From an uncultured Planctomycetaceae bacterium (lineage in GTDB: Bacteria > Planctomycetota > Planctomycetia > Planctomycetales > Planctomycetaceae), in NCBI GenBank assembly GCA_963813715.1, contig CAWFAK010000007.1:576001-640000 (forward strand): a stretch of DNA of 64,000 bases, in the 5' to 3' direction. The notes under the pieces were generated by a model, which worked only from the letters and a program-made list of their open reading frames with translations, made no database searches and had not been told where the DNA came from. The translations under genes were made by a program, and so were the position numbers. Below are positions 36,442-46,525 of this stretch, piece by piece (position 1 is the stretch's first letter; the number at the start of each line of letters is the position of its first letter).

Positions 36442-36983
36442 CATTCAACCCACTTTCCGTTTTGACCCCGGCCCGCTGTTCGAAGCCTGAGAACTCCTGT
36501 TGAATCCTCAGGTTCGTGGAGGGGTCACCCGCTGTAAGGAAATTAGCACGCTGCACAGTAGCACGGGACGTAGGGCACGGTCAAATACTGTGGGCCAACT
36601 CGCGAACAGGTCGTTTGGGCAAATCTTGTGGGTGAATCTTTGTGGGCGACCTGTCCGACCGGACGTCCCCAACTCTGTGCGATTCTACGAACGGCCCGTT
36701 CGAAGAAGCGCACCGCAAAAAATCTTTCCCAGAGTAGCGAGCCGTTAAACCGACAGCAAATCTTAAATGGAATTTTTTTGCTCTTCGAGAGGAGTTTCCG
36801 CTTGGCACGGACTGACCCATCCCCGGTCCCTTCATCGACAACGGACGACCGAATCGGCTTGCCAGACCGGTCCGAAAGTTCGATAATGGAGATATGCACA
36901 AACTTGGATGTGTGCCGGGGGGATGGGGTGCGTACGGTCGCACGTTTTGGGGCAGTTTTGCAGCATTTCGGCTCCGGCGGCAG

Positions 36984-39646
36984 ATGCTACGAGTCGTCTT
37001 CGCGATCCTCTCTGGGGCGGTGGCCGCGCGGGCTGGCGAACAAAAGTCACCCGCGCCCCCCGTCTTCGAGCGGGACGTCCGCCCGATCCTTCGTGCTCAT
37101 TGTTTCGACTGTCACGGCAGCCAGAACGTCCGCAAGGGGGGCCTCGATCTGCGGCTCCGTCGGCTGATGGCCAAAGGGGGCGAATCGGGACCCGCCATCG
37201 CGCCCGGCCACCCGGAAGAGAGTTACCTGCTCGACCGGGTCAAAACGGGCGAAATGCCCCCCGGCGATCAAAAGTTGACCCCCGCGGAGGTCGCCGTCAT
37301 CGACGGGTGGATCCGAGCCGGTGCGCTGACGGCGCAAAAGGAACCGACCGAACTGAGCGCGGCCGCACAGATCACCGCTGACGATCGGGCTTTCTGGTGC
37401 TTCCGACCCATCCATCGGCCGCCGGTGCCCCAGTTCACGCCGGCCGATCGCATCCGCACGCCGATCGACGCACTGCTCTCTGCCGCGCTCAAACCAAAGC
37501 AGCTCTCGTTCTCTCCTGACGCGGACAAGCGAACGTTGATCCGCCGCCTGTCGCTCGATTTGCTCGGGCTGCCTCCCGAACCGGCCGCCGTCGACGCCTT
37601 TCTGGCCGACCAGTCCCCCAATGCCTACGAGCGGCTCGTCGATCGCCTGTTGGCCTCGCCTCACTACGGCGAACGTTGGGGACGCCACTGGCTCGACACG
37701 GCGGGCTACGCAGACTCGGAAGGCTTTGACGAGCAGGACGTCCCGCGGCCCGAGGCCTTTCACTATCGCGATTACGTGATTCGCGCCCTCAACGCCGACA
37801 AGCCCTTCGACCAGTTTATCGCCGAGCAGTTGGCCGGCGACGAGCTGGTGCCGCCTCATTCGGGGGATTTACCTGCCGACGCCATCGAGAAGCTGAGTGC
37901 GACAGGATTTCTGAGAATGGCCGTCGACGGCACGGCCAGCTCGAACAGTCCGGCCACAGCGAACCAGAACGTCGCCGACACGATCAAGATCGTCTCGACC
38001 TCGCTGCTGGGGCTGTCCGTTGGCTGCGCCCAGTGCCACGACCATCGTTACGATCCGATCCTGCAGGACGATTATTACCGCCTGCGAGCCGTCTTCGAGC
38101 CGGCACTCAACTGGAAGAACTGGCGCGTCCCGTCGCAGCGACGAGTTTCGCTCTACACGCGAGCCGACCGCGCCGCGTGGCCGCCGTCGCCAAGGAAGCC
38201 AATGAGGCAGCGACCAAAGTCGCCGAGAAGGAGCGGCGGTACCTCGCCGAAGCGCTCGACAAGGAACTGACGAAGTTCGAGCTGCCCGTGGCCAAGGCCC
38301 TCAGGGCGGCCCTCGATACGCCGGCGGCAAAGCGCACGGCGGCTCAGAACCAGCTCTTGAGCCAGCATCCGAGCGTGCCGATCTCGCCGGGCCTGTTGTC
38401 GCAATACAACCCAGCCGCCGATGCTGATCTGCAGAAAGAACGAGCCAAGGTCGCCGCAATTCAGACCCGCGCCCCGGTCGAGCATTTTGTGCGAGTCCTG
38501 AATGAAAACCCGGGCGAGGTTCCGGCGACATTCCTCTTCTATCGGGGCGAGTTCTCGCAGCCGCGGCAGGAAGAGCAGCCCGGCGATCTGACCGTCTGCG
38601 TGGCCGAGGGACAAACGGGCAACCTGCCGCGTCACGACGCCGCTCGACCAACCTCGGGCCGGCGTCTGGCCTACGCCAAACGGCTGATGTCGGGCAAGCA
38701 TCCGCTCGTCGGCCGCGTGCTGGTGAACCGCATCTGGCTGCACCATTTCGGCCGGGGACTGGTCGCCACGCCGGCCGACTTCGGCCGCATGGGTGAGCGT
38801 CCGAGCAATCCCGAACTACTCGATTGGCTGGCCGACGAGTTCGCCAAGAGCGGCTGGGACCTCAAGCGGCTGCAGCGACTGATCGTGATGTCGACCGCCT
38901 ATCGGCAGAGCTCGACCCACACGCCAGATCGAGACGCGGCCGACCCCGACAACCTGCTCCTGTCGCGGATGAACTTGCGCCGGCTCGACGCCGAGGCAGT
39001 GCGCGACTGCGTGCTGTCGGCCAGTAACTCGCTGTATGACCGCATGTGCGGTCAGCCGGTCCCGATCCGCGAAGACGGCGTCGGCCAGATCGTAGTGGGC
39101 GTCGAAAACAAAGTCGGGGCCAACGACCAGGGACCCGAGATTCCGATCGGCGGCGAAGAGTACCGACGCAGCGTGTACATCGAGGTCCGCCGCAGCAAGC
39201 CACTGGCGCTGTTGCGGACGTTCGACCTGCCCGTCATGGAAACCAACTGCGACCGCCGCACGGCGTCGACGTCGGCTCCGCAGGCCCTGATGCTCATGAA
39301 CAGCGAGTTTGCCCTTCGCCAGGCGAACCGGTTTGCTCACCGCCTGGTAAGCGACGCCGGTTCCGATCCGCGACAGCAGGTCGCGCGAGCGTTCGAGATT
39401 GCCTTCGCCCGACCCGCCACCGACGCGGAGATCGTGGAGTCGCTGGCATTCCTCGAGCATCAGTCCGAAGAAGTCAAAACACACCCCGCCACCACCGCCC
39501 CACCGAAGAGCACGTCGGCCGGCCCGAAAAAGCGGCGACACAATCGCGCGAGAAGCCGCCCCCCAGTGGCCGATCCCGCGTTGCAGCCGCTCACCGACTT
39601 TTGCCAGGCCCTGATCAGCTCCAACGAGTTTTTGTACAGCGATTGA
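36984..39646 (+). CDS. Planctomycete cytochrome c / DUF1549-DUF1553 (PSD1) domain protein (frameshift near 38180)
   Basis: CFDCH heme motif, YGERWGRHWLD, CAQCHDH, VNRIWLHHFGRG and APQALMLMN. Confidence 0.9.
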
Positions 39647-39664
39647 GAGAATCGATCGAAGAAG

Positions 39665-39693
39665 AACCGGCGGGCTGACACCCGCCGCTCGCC
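39665..39693. repeat. REP-like hairpin, family D
   Basis: AACCGGCGGGCTGACACCCGCCGCTCGCC. Confidence 0.6.
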
Positions 39694-39735
39694 AGAATCT
39701 CCCCCGCCCCACTTGCCCGCCTGGAACCTGACACG

Positions 39736-41190
39736 ATGTTCGACACGTTTGCTCCCGCCTCGCGGCGCCAGTTTTTGGCACGGAACGCCATGGGAATCGG
39801 CAGCGTCGCGCTCGCCTGGCTACTCAAGCAGGAACGCCTGCTCGCCATGCCGGCCAACGTGCGCAAGGCACCGCCGACATTCGACCTGAAGCCCAAGACG
39901 CCGCATCATCCGCCGCAAGCCCAGGCGATGATTTCGCTCTTCATGCATGGCGGGCCGAGCCACATGGATCTCACCGATCCCAAGCCGCAGCTCACCAGGT
40001 ACAGCGGCACCGATTACTCGGGCGACGTTGCGTACAGTTTCGTCAGCTCCGCGAGCAAGAAGTTGATGGGCACGCCCTTCCGCTTCCGCAAGCACGGCGA
40101 GTGCGGCACCGAGTTGTCCGAGTTGTTGCCGCACACCGCCAAAATCGTCGACGACATTTGCCTGGTCCGCTCGATGCACACCGACATCAACGGGCACGAA
40201 GCGTCGATCTGGTATCTCAACACCGGGCGGGCCCAGCCGGGACGGCCGGCGTTCGGCTCGTGGCTCACCTACGGGCTCGGCTCGGAGAGCCAGAACCTGC
40301 CTGCCTACATCGCGATGCCCGATCCGGGCGGCATGCCGGTCGACGGCGTTCGCAACTGGTCCAATGGCTGGATGACGCCCTTGTTCCAGGCGACCGTGGT
40401 CCGCTCGCAGGAGCCACGGATTTTGAACCTCGAGCCGCCGCCGCACCTGGCCGGCGACTTGCAGCGGGAGAATCTCGACTTTCTCGCCCGGCTCAACCGC
40501 CGGCACTTGCAGAGGCATCCCGGCGAGGCCGACTTGGAAGCCCGCATCGCCAGCTACGAGCTGGCCGCCCGCATGCAGTCGGCCGCGACCGAGGCCCTCG
40601 ACATCTCCAAGGAAACGAAGGCCACGCACGAACTCTACGGGCTCGACCAGCCCGAGACGCGCGAATACGGCACACGGCTGTTGGTCGCCCGCCGTCTCGT
40701 CGAGCGGGGCGTGCGGTTCGTGCAGATTTTCATCGCCGGCCAGATTTGGGACCTGCACAACGATATTCGCGGTGGTCTACCCGCCTGCTGCAAGAAGACC
40801 GACAAGCCGGCCGCCGGGCTGGTGCTCGATCTCAAGCAGCGCGGCCTGTTGGACACGACGGTCGTGCACTGGGGCGGCGAGATCGGCCGCCTGCCCGTCA
40901 TCCAAAGTGCGGGCGACCCGCTGCACGCCGGCCGCGACCACAACGGTCAGGGCTTTAGTGCCTGGTTCGCCGGCGGCGGATTCAAAGCGGGCCTGGCCTA
41001 CGGCGAGACCGATGAATTCGGTCATCGGGCCGTGGTCAATCCGGTCGGGCCCAACGACTACCAGGCGACGCTCTTGCATCTCTTTGGCATCGACCACGAC
41101 CGGCTGACTTATTTCTCGAACGGCCAGCCGCACACGATCACGGATGGGGCCAAGTGCCGAGTCGTGAAGGAGATTTTGAAGCGCGCGTGA
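39736..41190 (+). CDS. DUF1501 domain protein (sulfatase-like, Tat-type signal)
   Basis: SRRQFL, FMHGGPSHMD, ARRLVERGVRFVQ, GGEIGRLP and GRDHN. Confidence 0.9.
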   Translation: MFDTFAPASRRQFLARNAMGIGSVALAWLLKQERLLAMPANVRKAPPTFDLKPKTPHHPPQAQAMISLFMHGGPSHMDLTDPKPQLTRYSGTDYSGDVAYSFVSSASKKLMGTPFRFRKHGECGTELSELLPHTAKIVDDICLVRSMHTDINGHEASIWYLNTGRAQPGRPAFGSWLTYGLGSESQNLPAYIAMPDPGGMPVDGVRNWSNGWMTPLFQATVVRSQEPRILNLEPPPHLAGDLQRENLDFLARLNRRHLQRHPGEADLEARIASYELAARMQSAATEALDISKETKATHELYGLDQPETREYGTRLLVARRLVERGVRFVQIFIAGQIWDLHNDIRGGLPACCKKTDKPAAGLVLDLKQRGLLDTTVVHWGGEIGRLPVIQSAGDPLHAGRDHNGQGFSAWFAGGGFKAGLAYGETDEFGHRAVVNPVGPNDYQATLLHLFGIDHDRLTYFSNGQPHTITDGAKCRVVKEILKRA

Positions 41191-41237
41191 AACGGCTGGC
41201 GTGCTCCGGCGGGAAAAAAGAAAGAAGAAAAAATTCT

Positions 41238-41261
41238 CGGGGGACTTATGTCCCCCGCTCG
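41238..41261 (-). terminator. REP-like hairpin/terminator overlapping the CCA gene stop codon
   Basis: CGGGGGAC-TTAT-GTCCCCCG; a U-rich tract follows on the minus strand. Confidence 0.6.
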
Positions 41262-42571
41262 GGGGGGTTGTTGAGCAGCTGGTCGAGGAGGCGAAACGCG
41301 TCTTCCTTTGTGGTTACCTCTTCGTTCAGTTGCGCTTCGCGGATCGTGTCGAGGATTTCGCGGATACGTTTGCCGGGCGGCAGGCCTCGCGCGATCAAGT
41401 CGTCGCCCGTGACAAATGGGGGCGGATCGAGCTTTTCAGGGGGCGTGCGCTGCAAGAGTTCTTCGCAGTGCATCACGCCTGATAAATCGCTCTCGGCTGC
41501 CAGCCGGTCGGCGCGAGCCAGCGCGAGCAGGTCGCGGGCGTCGGGATGTGACAGCATTCGTTTCAATTGCGCGAGCGACTTCGTGGCCGATGCGAAGACG
41601 TCGCTCAAGTGGGTCAGCAGCCACTCGATCGAATCGGTCTCCTGATTCGACAGCCGTAGCCGTTTGCACACGCCGCGGGCCACGCGCGATTCTTGCCGCC
41701 CGGCAGACAGGGATCCGCCAATCTCGGGAACGCTCGCCAACAGCGCGGCCGCCGCCAGCTCGAAACGCTGCTCCTCGAGCAAGCGCAACCGACGCAGCGA
41801 GATCTCCCACGGCGATGTCGCCCCCCCTTCGCCGGAGAGATGCGACGTGTCGTCGAGAATTGGCCGCAGCTCCGGCAGGATCTCGAGCAAGAGCTGCGTG
41901 TCGCGAGCCAGCTCCATTGCGCGGCGGCGATGCGGATCGACGAGCATGCGTTTCAGCTCTTGAGCGATGCGCTCGGCGCTCACTACGTGGATTTCGGGAG
42001 CCATCGCCCGCACCGCGTCGGCGGTCGGCCCGTCCAGCTGAAACTCGAGCGTGGCAGCAAAGCGGACGGCCCGCAGCATCCGCAGCTTGTCCTCGGCCAT
42101 GCGATCGCTGGGACGTCCGATGGCCCGCACCACGCCGGCGGCCAGGTCCTTCTCGCCGCCTACGTAATCGTGCACCTGCTCGCTGAGCGGGTCGTAGAAC
42201 ATGCCGTTGATGGTGAAGTCGCGGCGGCGAGCGTCGTCCTCGGGACCGGCGAAGTCGACGTGCTCGGGCCGGCGGCCGTCGAGATACGGGCCCTCGGTGC
42301 GAAAGGTCGCCACCTCGATGTTGCCGGCCTCCTTCGAGCCCAGCACGATGATCACGCCGAAACTCGCCCCGACGGCCAATGTCCGACGCTGACCGAACAG
42401 GTTGCGAACGGCCTCGGGCCGGGCGTCGGTGGCGACGTCGTAATCCTTCGGCACTCGGCCCATCAAGAAGTCGCGGACGCAGCCGCCGTTCCACAGCGCG
42501 CGAAAGCCCGCGCCCTGCAACCGCCGCACGACGTCGACGGCAAATTCGCGTTGGCGATCGGCACGCAGCAT
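41246..42571 (-). CDS. cca: CCA tRNA nucleotidyltransferase
   Basis: GGCVRD, DYDVAT, EVATFR, RRDFTING, EDKLRMLRAVRF and SAERI. Confidence 0.9.
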   Translation of the reverse strand: MLRADRQREFAVDVVRRLQGAGFRALWNGGCVRDFLMGRVPKDYDVATDARPEAVRNLFGQRRTLAVGASFGVIIVLGSKEAGNIEVATFRTEGPYLDGRRPEHVDFAGPEDDARRRDFTINGMFYDPLSEQVHDYVGGEKDLAAGVVRAIGRPSDRMAEDKLRMLRAVRFAATLEFQLDGPTADAVRAMAPEIHVVSAERIAQELKRMLVDPHRRRAMELARDTQLLLEILPELRPILDDTSHLSGEGGATSPWEISLRRLRLLEEQRFELAAAALLASVPEIGGSLSAGRQESRVARGVCKRLRLSNQETDSIEWLLTHLSDVFASATKSLAQLKRMLSHPDARDLLALARADRLAAESDLSGVMHCEELLQRTPPEKLDPPPFVTGDDLIARGLPPGKRIREILDTIREAQLNEEVTTKEDAFRLLDQLLNNPPERGT

Positions 42572-42707
42572 GTGGTGAACCCGCCTCGCGGCGCCAAAAT
42601 GTTGCAATTGTCAGGGGAAACAGTCGACATTAGCATACGAGACGCGGCAGTCGTCCGCAGCCGCAAGGCATTTCCGCAAGTCCGCCGGCGAATTCGAGAT
42701 TGCGACG

Positions 42708-43607
42708 ATGATTGACTCGGCCGAAAAACTCCCCAACCCCGACAACACCCCGCTCGCCAGCCTGGACGAATGGGAAGACGACCTCTTGCGGCGTTACCCC
42801 AAGCCGGGTTCGGCCCAGCCGACGACTGCCGAGAAGAAGCCAGCCGAATTTCGCGATCACGAAGGGTCGGTGCGGCCCAGCGTCCGCGAGTTTTATCGGC
42901 TCAATCACATGCATCAATCGGTCGACTTTGTCCGCCAGAAGCGGGCCGAGTATCTGCCGCGGGAAAAACGGCAGATGAGCGTGTGGGAGGCGATGGAATT
43001 TCTCAACCGCCTCACCGACGACAGCGACCCAGACACCGATCTGCCGCAGATCGAGCACTCGCTACAGACGCTGTTGGCCATCCGCGAGGCCGGTCACCCG
43101 CGGTGGTTCCAGCTGGTCGGCCTGATTCACGATCTGGGAAAGGTGCTGTGCCTGTTCGACGAGCCGCAGTGGGCGGTCGTCGGCGACACGTTCCCGGTCG
43201 GTTGCCGCTACTCGCCGAAGATCGTCTTTCCCGAGTTCTTCGCGGACAATCCGGATAGCCAGATCCCCGAATACCAAACCGAAGTAGGCATTTACGAAAA
43301 AGGCTGCGGGCTCGACAACGTGATGATGTCGTGGGGTCACGACGAATATCTTTATCACGTCGTCAAGGACCACATCCCCGAAGAGGGGCTGTACATGATC
43401 CGCTACCACTCCTTCTACCCGGCCCACCGCGAGGGTGCCTACAGCTACTTGATGAACGATCACGATCGTGAGATGTTCCGCTGGGTGAAGAAGTTCAGCC
43501 CGTTCGATCTTTATTCGAAGAGCACCGAGCGGCCCGACGTCACCACACTCAAGCCGTACTGCGAAGAGCTGATCGACGAGTTTTTGCCCCCCGTGCTGAA
43601 CTGGTGA
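42708..43607 (+). CDS. Myo-inositol oxygenase family protein
   Basis: [38 protein letters not shown] and DLYSK. Confidence 0.92.
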   Translation: MIDSAEKLPNPDNTPLASLDEWEDDLLRRYPKPGSAQPTTAEKKPAEFRDHEGSVRPSVREFYRLNHMHQSVDFVRQKRAEYLPREKRQMSVWEAMEFLNRLTDDSDPDTDLPQIEHSLQTLLAIREAGHPRWFQLVGLIHDLGKVLCLFDEPQWAVVGDTFPVGCRYSPKIVFPEFFADNPDSQIPEYQTEVGIYEKGCGLDNVMMSWGHDEYLYHVVKDHIPEEGLYMIRYHSFYPAHREGAYSYLMNDHDREMFRWVKKFSPFDLYSKSTERPDVTTLKPYCEELIDEFLPPVLNW

Positions 43608-44317
43608 CCGCCCAGAACGCTGTCTCGCGTCCGCAGCGGCCGTTCACCACGCTCTTCGTCGGTTTGATGGCCGTCACCCTCGTGCGTCCGGCGCTGGCCG
43701 CGACGCCCATGGGTCACGCGGCATTCGCGCTCGTGATGGTGTTTTTCTTCGGGTCCGCGATCTGGATCCTGTGCCAGAGCCGGCGGCAGTGGTGGCTGGC
43801 CCTCGGCTTCGGATCGTGCTGGATCCTCATGCGTCTGCCCACGTTTCTGATGGCCGACCCGGGCGTCACCATTGAGGTGATCGGACGCCTGGCCGAGATC
43901 GCCTTTTTGATGCTGACGGTGTCGCTGTTGGTGCGGGCCATTTTTCAGAAGCGGACGGCCACGCTCGACAACATTCTCGGCGCCTTCGCCGGCTACTTGC
44001 TGATTGGATTGATCTGGGGAATCGCCTTTTCCCTCGTCGTGCTGCTTGATCCGGGGGCACTCCGGATCGATCCCGCGCTACAACCCGAATGGGCTTCGCC
44101 CGAAAAACGCGATTGGGTGCTCACGTATTTCAGCTGCTGCACGCTAATGACGGTCGGCTACGGCGACATCACGCCCGTCCACCCGGCGGCCCGCACCCTC
44201 GCCGTGCTCGAAGCAATGACGGGCCAAATCTACCTGGCCGTGCTGGTGGCGGTGCTCGTCGGCATGAAGGTCGCGCACAGCCTCTTCTCACCTCCCGGCC
44301 ACGACGGCAAGAAGTGA
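43604..44317 (+). CDS. Potassium channel family protein (two-TM pore with extra TM helices)
   Basis: [17 protein letters not shown] selectivity filter. Confidence 0.88.
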   Translation: MTAQNAVSRPQRPFTTLFVGLMAVTLVRPALAATPMGHAAFALVMVFFFGSAIWILCQSRRQWWLALGFGSCWILMRLPTFLMADPGVTIEVIGRLAEIAFLMLTVSLLVRAIFQKRTATLDNILGAFAGYLLIGLIWGIAFSLVVLLDPGALRIDPALQPEWASPEKRDWVLTYFSCCTLMTVGYGDITPVHPAARTLAVLEAMTGQIYLAVLVAVLVGMKVAHSLFSPPGHDGKK

Positions 44318-44330
44318 TCTCGCCCGGCCG

Positions 44331-45482
44331 TCACTTCGCCAGCAACTTGGCGATTTCCTCTTCATGTTGGGCGGCGTCGCGTTCGCCCAGCTTCAAAAGC
44401 TCCTCGATGTAATCCCGGTGGAACAGGATCGTGCTGATGAGATCCTGCTCCTCGGCCTCTTGAGTGCCGAAGCGGCGCATGAAGTAGCGGATGGCCCGCG
44501 GCAGTCGTTCCTCGAACTCGCTGGCCAGGGCCCCGATGTCGTTGGACGGGCGGATCACGACCGTGTGCACCTCGCGGAGCCCTTGCCGATCCTGCGGCTG
44601 CAGTTTGGTCAAGAGCCGGTTGATCCGCTCGATCTGCTCGGCGTCCTGGTCGAGCTGGTCGAGGAAGACCGCGTCGTAAAGCGCACCCAGCACCACGGCC
44701 GGCGAAGGAGGCCCCGTTCCTTTCTTGCACAGCCGGCAAAACGGGGGCATCTCGTAATGGGTGGAAATCACCAGCATGCGATCGGCCCCCAGGTGCACGG
44801 CCGGCGACAGGGGGGCGACCAGCCGGATGCCGCCGTCACCGTACCACTCGTTGCCGATCGACACCGGCGAGAAGAGCAGCGGCAACGCGGCGGAGGCCAT
44901 GATGTGCTCGACCGTCATCGCGATATTGAGCCCCTTCCGCAGCGGCCGCTCCCAGTTTTCGATCGCCTTGCCTTCGACGAAGGTGATCGTTTCGCCTGTG
45001 TCGTAATTGAGGGCGGTGAGTGCGACGGCCGACAGCTCGCCCGCGGCGATATTCCGCGCGATGCCCGGCAGCGGTCCGTCGCCACTACCCAGGTTGCGCC
45101 GCAAGAACTCGCGGAGGGGCCGCGTGTCGACCATGCTGTGCGCGCGGGCGACGCCGGGGGGCAATCCCACGGACAAGCGCAGGCCGATCCGCATCACCCG
45201 CCAGACGACGGCCACGGTGTCGACGCGAAACACGTCGTCGAAATCGAGCCGCCGCCACAGCCCCATCAAGTCTTCGATCTTGTGCGACCAGGCGCCGACG
45301 TGATTGGCCAAATGGGCGACGTTGATCGCGCCGGCCGAAACACCGGTCAACAGCGGGGCGCGAAAGTGCGGAAACCGCGCGGCAATCCCCCGCAGCACGC
45401 CGACCTGGTACGCGGCCCGCGCGCCGCCTCCGCCCAAAACCAGCGCGAGCTGCGGCTCCGGTGCGAGGGAGGCACTCGCCAC
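44331..45482 (-). CDS. Patatin-like phospholipase
   Basis: GGGARAAYQVG, GVSAG and DGG. Confidence 0.92.
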   Translation of the reverse strand: MASASLAPEPQLALVLGGGGARAAYQVGVLRGIAARFPHFRAPLLTGVSAGAINVAHLANHVGAWSHKIEDLMGLWRRLDFDDVFRVDTVAVVWRVMRIGLRLSVGLPPGVARAHSMVDTRPLREFLRRNLGSGDGPLPGIARNIAAGELSAVALTALNYDTGETITFVEGKAIENWERPLRKGLNIAMTVEHIMASAALPLLFSPVSIGNEWYGDGGIRLVAPLSPAVHLGADRMLVISTHYEMPPFCRLCKKGTGPPSPAVVLGALYDAVFLDQLDQDAEQIERINRLLTKLQPQDRQGLREVHTVVIRPSNDIGALASEFEERLPRAIRYFMRRFGTQEAEEQDLISTILFHRDYIEELLKLGERDAAQHEEEIAKLLAK

Positions 45483-45605
45483 TACGTGATCTTTCGCATG
45501 GAGGCGGCATCCATCGGGCGGTAAAGTCTTATCGTCGGCGAGCGGCGATCGCGGTCTGCGAAATCGCTGGCCGCCGGTTGCCGCATACTATAGGAATCTG
45601 CACGC

Positions 45606-46040
45606 ATGCCGAGAACCATCATCCAGGCCGCCTCCCTGCCGGCGCCGCCCGAGCGCCTCTGGGCGATGTACTTGAGCGTCGACGAGCATGCGGCCTTTAC
45701 CGGTTTTCCGGTGACGATCGCCCCGCGGGCCGGCGCCGAATTTCGTGCCTTTAACGGAGCGATTTGGGGCAGTATTCTCGACGTGGTCGTGAATCGGCTC
45801 GTCGTGCAGCAGTGGCGGTCGAAGAATTTTCCGCAGAACGCGCTCGATTCGACGCTCGTGCTTTCGTTCTGGCCCGAGGGAGCCGGCGGCCGCATCGAGC
45901 TGGTCCACGCGAACGTGCCCGAAGAGGATTTTGCCGGCGTCAGCGAGGGCTGGTCGAAGTTTTATTGGAACCCGTGGCGCGCGTACCTCGATCGCACCTC
46001 TGAGTCGGCTGCGATTGCGGCAGGCGGTTCGCCGGCCTAG
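45606..46040 (+). CDS. SRPBCC/AHSA1-like domain protein
   Basis: PERLWAMYL, LVVQQWRS and GWSKFYW. Confidence 0.85.
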   Translation: MPRTIIQAASLPAPPERLWAMYLSVDEHAAFTGFPVTIAPRAGAEFRAFNGAIWGSILDVVVNRLVVQQWRSKNFPQNALDSTLVLSFWPEGAGGRIELVHANVPEEDFAGVSEGWSKFYWNPWRAYLDRTSESAAIAAGGSPA

Positions 46041-46098
46041 GATCGTACCCCCTCGGCTATTAGGGATGATTAGGATTCTTGGGGTTGAAATCATCGGT

Positions 46099-46476
46099 AT
46101 GAAATTGATTTCGCAGGTCTTTCAAACACGGCGGCAGCACGATCTGAGCGGCTTTTTGGTCTACATCCTGGCGGACGGTCCGGCCGACGGCAGCACGCCC
46201 GTCGCCTGCGTCGCGTTCGATGCGGAGGCCAACGTGCTGCGCCCGGCCCTGTTGGTGGCCAATGCCGACGTGGGCGACTATGAATTAACGGTGCTGCTCG
46301 ACGTCTTTGGCTCGCTGCGGACGACCGATTTCGACCAGACGGGAGTGATCGGCGGCATCCGTTGCGTGCTCGAGCGTTACGAACGAAAGTTCCTGCAAGT
46401 GACCGGTGCGCCTGACCCGGCTGTGTTTCGCTCCGGCGAGCACACGAAGTCGATGCACTTCGGCCGGCTGGATTGA
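46099..46476 (+). CDS. Hypothetical protein
   Basis: Coherent 125-aa frame starting MKLISQVFQ; no recognised motif. Confidence 0.55.
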   Translation: MKLISQVFQTRRQHDLSGFLVYILADGPADGSTPVACVAFDAEANVLRPALLVANADVGDYELTVLLDVFGSLRTTDFDQTGVIGGIRCVLERYERKFLQVTGAPDPAVFRSGEHTKSMHFGRLD

Positions 46477-46525
46477 ATCCGTCGCCTGACGCAGAGTTAC
46501 CTGCATCCGAGGAAGATGGCACGCC

